Position numbers and translations under genes: made by a program | Shown: positions 1-7,223 of the stretch, one piece after another | Layout: the number at the start of each line of letters is the position of its first letter | Numbering within the stretch: position 1 is the stretch's first letter | Notes under the pieces: model-generated | What the model was told of the DNA's origin: nothing | The model's database searches: none | What the model saw: only the letters and a program-made list of their open reading frames with translations | Assembly: GCA_949747775.1 (NCBI GenBank) | Contig: CATKGX010000098.1 | Location: 1-17,641, forward strand | From: an uncultured Clostridia bacterium | GTDB taxonomy: Bacteria > Bacillota > Clostridia > TANB77 > CAG-508 | Length of the DNA stretch: 17,641 bases | Reading direction: 5' to 3'

Positions 1-179
1 ATAAAAATTGTATTAATATTAAATTATTAAAAGAGATATTTGGTGAATTTAATATCATTGGGATATTAAAATATAATACGATATATAATCGATTAATTAA
101 TAAAAATATAAAAAATCATTTTTATGATAAAAAGATAAGAGAAGAATATTTGCAAATAAAACATGAATTAAATAAATAA
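1..179 (+). CDS. 3' end of an unidentified CDS (partial, runs off the window start)
   Basis: The frame starting at position 3 stays open for 58 codons up to TAA at 177-179, which is unusual in such AT-rich DNA. It ends 18 nt before the ATG of the next gene (operon-like spacing). No domain recognised. Confidence 0.35.
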   Translation, partial: KNCINIKLLKEIFGEFNIIGILKYNTIYNRLINKNIKNHFYDKKIREEYLQIKHELNK

Positions 180-197
180 AAAAGAAAGGAAAAAGAG

Positions 198-920
198 ATG
201 AATCTAGAAAAAGAAATAAATTCGAACCGCTCTATGCAAAATGAGATTGTAAGTCCAAATAGCCAAAATAATTTCTTAGAAACAACACTAGGAAAGACAA
301 TCAATACTGCAGTTGATATAGGATTAAGATGGATATTACCAGATTTTATAGAAAATGAAGTTATTAATATAAAAGACAGTTTAATAAAGGGAGGATTGAA
401 AGAGGGCATTAATACTGCAATTCAGACAGCAAGCAATTTAGGAAAAAGTTCACTTGGAATCATAACAGGAAAATTTGAAAATATATCTCAAGCACAAGCA
501 GCGATAAAAACAGGAGGGATTATAGATGGAGTATCAGACGTAATTGATAATGTATTAAGCAAAACAGTTAATACAGGATTAATAGATAAAAACACATCAT
601 TATTAATAAAAAAAGGAAAAAATGTCATATTAGATCATGTAAGCAAAAACATAGAAGACACATTTACAAGCCAATTAAACTATATTGAAAAATTAGGAAA
701 ATATGAAAATAATTGGAAGAGATATTATAAAGAAGAAAATTTTGAAGGGATGCAAAGAGAATATGAAAAAATAAAAGAAAAGATAAAACAACTAATTCCA
801 TTAGAAAATACATTAAAAGAAGCAAGAATCATTGAAAATTTTCATATGTTAGTTAAAAATAATGGGCAGAAATTTAATTTAAGCAAAGAACAAATAGAAC
901 TTGCCAATATACTAACTTAA
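198..920 (+). CDS. Conserved hypothetical soluble protein (Gly/Ile/Asn-rich helical N-half, K/E-rich C-half), function unknown
   Basis: 240-aa ORF with ATG preceded by AAAGGAAAAAGAG. No TM segment or signal peptide. No catalytic motif recognised. Confidence 0.75.
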   Translation: MNLEKEINSNRSMQNEIVSPNSQNNFLETTLGKTINTAVDIGLRWILPDFIENEVINIKDSLIKGGLKEGINTAIQTASNLGKSSLGIITGKFENISQAQAAIKTGGIIDGVSDVIDNVLSKTVNTGLIDKNTSLLIKKGKNVILDHVSKNIEDTFTSQLNYIEKLGKYENNWKRYYKEENFEGMQREYEKIKEKIKQLIPLENTLKEARIIENFHMLVKNNGQKFNLSKEQIELANILT

Positions 921-995
921 AATATAGCCAAAAGTAGAGCTGTGTTATAAAATGCTTAAAACATTATCTATAACAAAGTTTTGTGCTGTTTTTGC

Positions 996-1024
996 TTGCA
1001 TAATTGTTTCAAGTTTAGTATAAT
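996..1024 (+). promoter_or_regulatory. Putative sigma-A promoter of gyrA
   Basis: TTGCAT (996-1001), 17-nt spacer, TATAAT (1019-1024), about 38 nt upstream of the gyrA ATG. Confidence 0.5.
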
Positions 1025-1061
1025 ACAATGGTAGAAAATAGACTAGAAAAGAGGGAAAAAG

Positions 1062-3503
1062 ATGGAAGAAAATGAGGGAAAAATAATCGAACGAAGTATT
1101 GATACAGAGATGAAAACATCATACATAGATTATGCCATGAGTGTTATCGTTTCTCGTGCCCTTCCAGATGTAAGAGATGGTCTAAAACCAGTACATAGAA
1201 GAATTCTATACTCTATGTATGAAGATGGAATTACATCAGACAAGCCATACAGAAAATGTGCCAATACAGTAGGTTCTGTTTTAGGAAGGTATCATCCACA
1301 TGGTGATGCATCTGTATATGACGCAATGGTAAGGCTAGCACAAGACTTTACAATGAGATATCCATTAGTAGATGGACACGGTAACTTTGGATCTATAGAC
1401 GGTGATCCAGCAGCAGCTATGAGATATACAGAAGCAAGAATGGCCAAAATTGCAGAAACTATGCTTGCAGATATTGAAAAAAATACCGTATCATTTATGC
1501 CAAACTATGACGATAGATTACAAGAGCCAACAGTATTACCAGCGAAAATACCAGCATTATTAATTAATGGTTCTTCAGGAATTGCGGTAGGTATGGCAAC
1601 GAATATACCACCACATAATTTAACAGAAGTTATTAATGGAATTATAAAAATTATTGAAGATGACAATGTAACAGACGAAGAATTGATGGGAATTATAAAA
1701 GGACCAGATTTCCCTACAGGAGCAACAATTTTAGGTAGAGAAGCAATTAAACAGGCATATACAACAGGTAGAGGAAAAGTTACAATGAGAGCAGAAGCAG
1801 AGATAGAAGAAATGAGTGGAAATAAACAACGTATCATTGTAAGATCATTACCATACCAAGTAAATAAAGCTAGATTAATTGAACACATGGCAGCTTTAGT
1901 AAAAGAAAAAAGATTAGAGGGAATCTCAGAAATAAGAGACGAGTCAGATAGAGAAGAAAAAGTAAGAATCGTTATTGAATTAAAAAGAGATGTAAATGCA
2001 CAAGTATTACTAAATCAATTATATAAAAATACACAAATGCAAGATACATTTGGTATTATTATGCTTGCTTTAGTAAATGGAGAACCAAAAATTCTAACAT
2101 TAAGACAATGTTTGGAATATTACATTGAGCATAGAAAAGATGTTATTTTACGAAGAACACAATTTGACTTAGATAAAGCACTAGCAAGAGCACATATTTT
2201 AGAAGGGTTAAGAATTGCTTTAGAAAACATAGATGAAGTTATTAATATTATTCGTACATCATATGATAATGCTAAAGAAAGATTAATGGAAAGATTTGGA
2301 CTTTCTGAAATACAAGCACAATCTATCTTAGATATGAGACTAAGAACATTACAAGGATTGCAAAGAGAGAAAATAGAAGAAGAATATGAAGCATTAATGA
2401 AATTGATTGCGCATTTAAGAGAGGTTCTAGCAAGTGAACAATTGGTGTTTGATATTATCAAAGAAGAATTGTTAGAAATTAAAGAAAAATACGGAGATGA
2501 AAGACAAACAAAAATTATTGCTGCAGAAGGGGAAATTGACGTAGAAGACTTAATTAAAGAAGAGCAATGTGTTATTACCTTGACACACTTCGGATATGTA
2601 AAAAGAATGCCAATTGATACATATAAAAGCCAAAAAAGAGGCGGTAAGGGAATTATTGGAATTGCAACAAGAGAAGAAGACTTTGTAAAACAAATATTTA
2701 CCGCATCTACTCATGATACAGTATTGTTCTTTAGTAACCAAGGAAAAGTATACAGATTAAGAGGATATGAAGTACCAGAAGCTGGTAGAACAGCAAAAGG
2801 AACAGCAATTGTAAACTTATTAAGTTTAAATGCAGGAGAAAAAATTTCTGCGGTTATCCCAATTTCAAATTATGCTGAAGGTAAATACTTGTTAATGGCA
2901 ACAAAAAATGGAACAATTAAGAAAACCGCATTAAATGAATTTAGTTCTGTTAGAAAAAGTGGATTAATTGCAATTAATTTAAAAGAAGAAGATACACTAA
3001 TTGATGTAAAATTGACAGATGGGGAAGATAATGTTGTTTTAGTAACAAGCAAAGGTATGAGCATCACTTTTGATGAAAAGGATGTAAGACCAATGGGAAG
3101 AGGAGCAACAGGAGTAATTGGAATTAAACTTGCAGAAGATGATAATGTAATTGGAATGGAGTCTATTATTAATGGAAGTAATGCAACTCTACTTTCTATT
3201 ACAGAAAATGGATTTGGAAAAAGAACAGAATTAGATGAATATAGAGTTCAAACAAGAGGAGGAAGAGGTGTTATGACATATAAAGTAACACCAAAAACAG
3301 GAAACATTGTAGGAATTCGAATTGCAAGTGACAATGAAGATGTAATGTTAATTACAGATACAGGAACAATTATTAGATTAAAAGTTTCAGATATCAGCAT
3401 TTTAGGAAGAGTAACGCAAGGTGTAACTTTAATGAGAACAAATGAGGGAAAAGTAGTAAGCATTGAAACAATTCAAAGTGAAGAAGAAAAGACAGAAGAA
3501 TAA
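1062..3503 (+). CDS. gyrA: DNA gyrase subunit A
   Basis: 813 aa. Motifs seen: DVRDGLKPVHRRIL, QRDR HPHGDASVYDAMVRLAQ, catalytic Tyr122 in AAMRYTE, and a GyrA-box QKRGGKG at the start of the C-terminal beta-pinwheel domain, which argues for GyrA rather than ParC. GAGGG RBS lies 6 nt before the ATG. Confidence 0.98.
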   Translation: MEENEGKIIERSIDTEMKTSYIDYAMSVIVSRALPDVRDGLKPVHRRILYSMYEDGITSDKPYRKCANTVGSVLGRYHPHGDASVYDAMVRLAQDFTMRYPLVDGHGNFGSIDGDPAAAMRYTEARMAKIAETMLADIEKNTVSFMPNYDDRLQEPTVLPAKIPALLINGSSGIAVGMATNIPPHNLTEVINGIIKIIEDDNVTDEELMGIIKGPDFPTGATILGREAIKQAYTTGRGKVTMRAEAEIEEMSGNKQRIIVRSLPYQVNKARLIEHMAALVKEKRLEGISEIRDESDREEKVRIVIELKRDVNAQVLLNQLYKNTQMQDTFGIIMLALVNGEPKILTLRQCLEYYIEHRKDVILRRTQFDLDKALARAHILEGLRIALENIDEVINIIRTSYDNAKERLMERFGLSEIQAQSILDMRLRTLQGLQREKIEEEYEALMKLIAHLREVLASEQLVFDIIKEELLEIKEKYGDERQTKIIAAEGEIDVEDLIKEEQCVITLTHFGYVKRMPIDTYKSQKRGGKGIIGIATREEDFVKQIFTASTHDTVLFFSNQGKVYRLRGYEVPEAGRTAKGTAIVNLLSLNAGEKISAVIPISNYAEGKYLLMATKNGTIKKTALNEFSSVRKSGLIAINLKEEDTLIDVKLTDGEDNVVLVTSKGMSITFDEKDVRPMGRGATGVIGIKLAEDDNVIGMESIINGSNATLLSITENGFGKRTELDEYRVQTRGGRGVMTYKVTPKTGNIVGIRIASDNEDVMLITDTGTIIRLKVSDISILGRVTQGVTLMRTNEGKVVSIETIQSEEEKTEE

Positions 3504-3520
3504 ACAATACAGACAGACTA

Positions 3521-3560
3521 AAAAAGATAAGAAGGGATAAAACCTTCTTATCTTTTTTTG
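3521..3560. terminator. Bidirectional Rho-independent terminator shared by convergent gyrA and the dnaI-like gene
   Basis: 12-bp stem AAGATAAGAAGG (3524-3535) / CCTTCTTATCTT (3543-3554) with a 7-nt loop, an A-run upstream and a T-run downstream. The 3' arm overlaps the last codons and stop of the minus-strand gene. Confidence 0.7.
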
Positions 3561-4549
3561 AATCGTATATCATCTCCAAAAAAATAACAAATATTATAAT
3601 TTCCAACAATACGCGAAACAATTCTTTCATCATATGTATCATATATATTTTTTAAACTTAAGTTTGTAGAAATAATTGTCTTTGTAATGTGGTTTTGATT
3701 TAGTAATCTAGTGTTAATTATATTAAATAATTCTGTAAATTTCATGTTATTCATACATTCTGTACCCAAGTCATCAATAATTAATAAATCAACATTTAAT
3801 AAATTATTGTAAATATCCTGATTCGTATTGGACTTACCAAAGCGGTAATCAATAATGGTATCTAACATGACTGGAGCAGTTTGATATAATACATTTTTTC
3901 TTTGTTTTAATAATTCATTTGCAATGCAACTAGACAAAAATGTTTTACCAAGTCCAGTATTTCCGGTAAACAACAAATTTTTCTCGTTTGGAGAATCAAA
4001 ATTGTTGATAAAATGTTCACACAAATTTTTGATTTTAGCAATATTTTCTCTAGGAGAAATATTGGCATGATATTTTTCAGAATTCGTTTCATTTGAATAT
4101 AATGAATCAGAGAAATTTTCAAAGTTTTGCAATTTTAAATTACAAATATTAGATTTATTATATTCAATATCAAAAATTTTTTGCTTTAAACAGCTACACA
4201 TAGAAGAAGTATAATCTTCATTTGTAATATAGCCAGTATCTTTGCAAATAGAACACTCATAATAAGGTAATAAATAATTATGAGGCAAATGCATTTTTTC
4301 TAAAATACTTTCTTTTTTTTGTTTTAAAACTTCAATTTGCTTTTGCAAGTTTTCAAGTAATGTGTCATCATGATTTTGGATTAATAATTTAGTAGTTGAT
4401 ATTGCCAAAGAGCTAAGCTGATCTTCAATTTCTTGTAAAATGGGCTGCTTATTAAATAACTCTTTTTTTCTAGCATTAGCTTGATACTCAGCATAAGATT
4501 TTTTTTGTTCATATTCAATTAAAAGTGGTTTTAAAGTAGACGAATTCAT
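3548..4549 (-). CDS. Replicative helicase loader, DnaI/DnaC-type AAA+ ATPase
   Basis: 333 aa. Walker A GNTGLGKT and Walker B LLIIDDLG (DnaC/DnaI/IstB-like AAA+). N-terminal Cys cluster CSICKDTGY...CSC resembles the DnaI zinc module. Sits 22 nt downstream of the DnaD-like gene. Confidence 0.85.
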   Translation of the reverse strand: MNSSTLKPLLIEYEQKKSYAEYQANARKKELFNKQPILQEIEDQLSSLAISTTKLLIQNHDDTLLENLQKQIEVLKQKKESILEKMHLPHNYLLPYYECSICKDTGYITNEDYTSSMCSCLKQKIFDIEYNKSNICNLKLQNFENFSDSLYSNETNSEKYHANISPRENIAKIKNLCEHFINNFDSPNEKNLLFTGNTGLGKTFLSSCIANELLKQRKNVLYQTAPVMLDTIIDYRFGKSNTNQDIYNNLLNVDLLIIDDLGTECMNNMKFTELFNIINTRLLNQNHITKTIISTNLSLKNIYDTYDERIVSRIVGNYNICYFFGDDIRFKKR

Positions 4550-4571
4550 TTGAACAACTCACTTTCTATGA

Positions 4572-5540
4572 TTAATAATTTAAATTAGCATACAAACTAT
4601 TTAAATTGTCATATTCTCTTTGATCATATTTACTATAACCAGTAGATTTTTCTAGTTTTTGTACATTTCTATTTTTTTGTTTCATTTCAGTTAAGAAATT
4701 TTGAATTTCTGTAGGTGTTTTGAAACCTCTGTCATGCCAATCAGAAAGAAGTTTATTTAAATAGTCAAAATTAGGATTAGCTTTTGAAGTAGTTTTTTTC
4801 AAGGCAATTTCAATTACATCAAAAGAATAAGCAAAATCAATTGTCCATTTTTCCACATATCCATACTCGTATTCAGAAAGAGCACGATGTAACCCTAATT
4901 TTTTTGAGATTGTATTAGCAATCATTTTAACTTTTTCTTGTTTTTCGTAGTAATTATCTAAGTCATTAAATGTTTTTATATTATTTTTAAACCATGCCTC
5001 TGCAACCCTTTGTATATAAGCCTTATGAAGAGCAGAGCGATCAAAACAATAACCAAATAAAGCGATCATAACCTCTTCATCGAAATTGTATTTTTTAAAC
5101 CATAATTCAATATCAGGATACCAAGTAGTTGGCATCAAACCAGAGAAATATTTATTATTAATATGCTCAATTGCTTTTGCACGTTGTTGATTTTCCTGAG
5201 ACTTTTGTAATTGTTCAACAGATAAGGCTGTTTTAGGTTTATATAGCTTGTGAAGTTCTATTTCTTGCAAACTATTTATAATATATCCTGTATTTTTTTT
5301 TGTAATAACACCTTGTTCTTCCCAATATTTTACTGCATCTTGAATTGTCTTAAGAGGTAATACTAATTTTTTAGATAAATCGTTTACCTTAATGTCTTTA
5401 TCATATTTTGATAAAAACAACATATATAAATATACTTTTACAAAATCACCATTAGCACCAGATAAATATTCAGAAAAGAAAATATCTGGTATTTGTGTAT
5501 TTGAAAATAGTGATGAAATGTCTGCTTGTTCAAGTCTCAT
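4572..5540 (-). CDS. DnaD/DnaB-domain replication initiation (primosome/helicase-loading) protein
   Basis: N-terminal winged-helix-like region (GDFVKVYLYMLFLSKY...) and C-terminal DnaD-type repeats (...FDYLNKLLSDWHDRGFKTPTEI). I start it at ATG 5540 (MRLEQ...), which has AGGGGG about 7 nt upstream. The ORF-track start at 5570 has no RBS and overlaps promoter-like sequence. Confidence 0.85.
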   Translation of the reverse strand: MRLEQADISSLFSNTQIPDIFFSEYLSGANGDFVKVYLYMLFLSKYDKDIKVNDLSKKLVLPLKTIQDAVKYWEEQGVITKKNTGYIINSLQEIELHKLYKPKTALSVEQLQKSQENQQRAKAIEHINNKYFSGLMPTTWYPDIELWFKKYNFDEEVMIALFGYCFDRSALHKAYIQRVAEAWFKNNIKTFNDLDNYYEKQEKVKMIANTISKKLGLHRALSEYEYGYVEKWTIDFAYSFDVIEIALKKTTSKANPNFDYLNKLLSDWHDRGFKTPTEIQNFLTEMKQKNRNVQKLEKSTGYSKYDQREYDNLNSLYANLNY

Positions 5541-5570
5541 TATAATTCCCCCTAAAAGTATATTTGTCAA

Positions 5571-5599
5571 ATTATATCATTTTATAAGACTTTTTACAA
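5571..5599 (-). promoter_or_regulatory. Putative extended -10 promoter of the dnaD-like/dnaI-like operon
   Basis: On the minus strand: TTGTAA (5599-5594), 17-nt spacer, TGaTATAAT (5579-5571). It lies between the PrgI-like stop (5630) and the dnaD-like start (5540). Confidence 0.55.
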
Positions 5600-5629
5600 T
5601 AAACAAAGGAGAAATATATACAAGAAAGT

Positions 5630-5917
5630 TTAATTATTTTTTTGATAGATATAATATTTGGGTGACTTTATAAAATGATATATATATTGAATAATATATA
5701 TCATTTTTTCATGGTTAAATCCAATAACACTAAATAAGAAGAATGGAAAAAAGAAACTAACCCAAAATGCAATTTGTAAAGTTATATTTTTAGAAAAAAT
5801 AAGAGAAATAAGATAGACCAATAATCCCCATAAAATATTTAAAAATACAGTTGTATATTCAATGAAGCCAAGTAATTTATGGGTAAAATTATAATTTTGG
5901 GGAAAAATAAATTTCAT
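5630..5917 (-). CDS. PrgI/TcpE-family (VirB3-like) small two-TM membrane protein
   Basis: 95 aa with AAAGGAG RBS 9 nt before the ATG. Two TM helices are followed by a C-terminal GFNHEKMIYIIQYIYHFIKSPKYYIY tail, which resembles the G..E......F...P....Y ending of PrgI-family proteins. Confidence 0.6.
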   Translation of the reverse strand: MKFIFPQNYNFTHKLLGFIEYTTVFLNILWGLLVYLISLIFSKNITLQIAFWVSFFFPFFLFSVIGFNHEKMIYIIQYIYHFIKSPKYYIYQKNN

Positions 5918-5939
5918 TTTTTAATACTCCTTTTATAAA

Positions 5940-6830
5940 CTATTTCATCATACTTTTCATAAGAGCTAAATTAGTAGACACATCTGTTGAAATACCTCCA
6001 AATAGATGCTGAATATATGAATTAGCCTTTATTAAAGAATAAATAGATCCAATGCATAAAAGTTTAGACAAAACATTAGTAAAATTTAAATTTAATGAAA
6101 AAATAATTAGTAAAACAATGGCAATAAATGCTTGCATAATTAATAAAGCAAAAAAAGTTTTAAGCCATATTTTAAAAAACCAAGAAGTAGAATCATTAAT
6201 TAAAGTTAAAAAAGCAAAAGGCGCTAATAAAACAAATACTTTAATCATAATATAGCGTAAAGCATAAGAAAAGAGCAAATTGAACAACGATAATGATATG
6301 AAACTTTTTAATAATCCATCAAAAGAAAATAAATTAAAACTTTCTTCTTCAACAGAAATAATAGAATTAATATTCTGGATAAAAGATGAAAAAGAAACAT
6401 CTTGATGAAAAATTCCATTTCCTACTTCTTGAATAGCAGAGGAGATAAGAGAGTTAATATCAATTAATTTTTCACAAATAAAGTAAGAGCAATTAATAGA
6501 AACTGCAAAGATTAACAATTTAAAAATAAATTGATAAGGACTTTCTATTTGAACAGATGCAAAATTAGCATATAGTAATTTAAAGCAGTAATATAAAGCG
6601 AAAGCGACTAACAAAGAGTTAGCAATTACTAATAAACCATTGTTAGAATTTGTTCCAAATATTCTTTCAAAAAAATTATCATGTAATACATTAGTATTAA
6701 CAAAAGCTAAATTGTCTAGTGTTTCATAAATATTATTATCTAAGGATGAAAATAAATTATGAAAAATATAATTAATCGTATCTAATATTGTTTTAGCCAT
6801 ATTTTCTGTGGTTGTTACAGTATCTTCCAA
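5940..6830 (-). CDS. VirB6/TrbL-like polytopic membrane protein
   Basis: 296 aa with a TTG start 5 nt after AGGAGG. Soluble helical N-terminus followed by about 5-6 TM helices. Positioned between a VirB2-like and a VirB3-like gene, as in Firmicutes transfer operons. Confidence 0.55.
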   Translation of the reverse strand: MEDTVTTTENMAKTILDTINYIFHNLFSSLDNNIYETLDNLAFVNTNVLHDNFFERIFGTNSNNGLLVIANSLLVAFALYYCFKLLYANFASVQIESPYQFIFKLLIFAVSINCSYFICEKLIDINSLISSAIQEVGNGIFHQDVSFSSFIQNINSIISVEEESFNLFSFDGLLKSFISLSLFNLLFSYALRYIMIKVFVLLAPFAFLTLINDSTSWFFKIWLKTFFALLIMQAFIAIVLLIIFSLNLNFTNVLSKLLCIGSIYSLIKANSYIQHLFGGISTDVSTNLALMKSMMK

Positions 6831-6850
6831 AAATACCTCCTAAAATAAAA

Positions 6851-7207
6851 TTAACTAATTAAAGAACTAATTGCAGACAAAATTAAATCAATTGCGAGAA
6901 TAAAGGCATAGGAAAAAAGCGAGCCTCTAATCAGTTTTTTGGCAGTACGAATTCTTTCCTCATCTCCAAAACTAAACTTTTTCATAAACACTCCGACCCC
7001 AACGGCTACTGCGGCAGCAGGGGTAGATAGTGTCATAAGCCATTTTTCAATAGATTTAAATGCATCATTCAATTTAGAGACTAATTTAGGAGTATTGTCA
7101 AACAGTCCAGCAAAGGATATTTGAGGAAAAGTAAATAGTAAAACGAGTAATAAAATAATGAGATGTCGAAAAAGAAAAATATACTTTTTATTTTTAAACA
7201 AATTCAT
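6851..7207 (-). CDS. TrbC/VirB2-like pilin-type protein (signal peptide plus two hydrophobic helices)
   Basis: 118 aa with AAAGGAGG 5 nt before the ATG. Basic N-terminus and a hydrophobic core ending ISFA|G (predicted signal peptidase site near aa 33). Then helix STPAAAVAVGVGVFM, a charged loop KKFSFGDEERIRTAKKLIRG, and helix SLFSYAFILAIDLILSAISSLIS, which is VirB2-like topology. Confidence 0.55.
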   Translation of the reverse strand: MNLFKNKKYIFLFRHLIILLLVLLFTFPQISFAGLFDNTPKLVSKLNDAFKSIEKWLMTLSTPAAAVAVGVGVFMKKFSFGDEERIRTAKKLIRGSLFSYAFILAIDLILSAISSLIS

Positions 7208-7223
7208 AAAAACCTCCTTTGAA

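Noticed and set aside
122-409. 95-aa minus-strand ORF overlapping the start of the 240-aa gene
   Set aside because: It is antisense to two plus-strand coding frames, with no RBS and an F/S/I-rich shadow translation.
1505-3642. Six minus-strand ORFs (1505-1888, 2120-2461, 2550-2741, 2870-3067, 3248-3463, 3394-3642) antisense to gyrA
   Set aside because: They lie entirely or largely inside the well-supported gyrA CDS, have no RBS, and have low-complexity hydrophobic translations typical of shadow frames in AT-rich DNA.
3548-4549. Possible IS21-type IstB helper ATPase
   Set aside because: No IstA transposase is adjacent and no inverted repeats are present. The N-terminal Cys-cluster domain and the upstream DnaD-domain partner fit a DnaI/DnaC-type helicase loader instead.
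5541-5570. Longer N-terminus of the DnaD-like ORF (track start 5570), and a perfect TTGACA at 5570-5565 on the minus strand as a promoter -35
   Set aside because: There is no RBS for the 5570 start. For the TTGACA, the only -10-like hexamers at suitable spacing overlap the RBS and ATG at 5540, so transcripts would lack the start codon. The TTGTAA-17-TGaTATAAT promoter just upstream explains expression better.
5392-7124. Plus-strand ORFs 5392-5673, 6052-6255 and 6939-7124
   Set aside because: They are antisense to better-supported minus-strand genes with strong RBSs. They lack RBSs and have shadow-frame composition.
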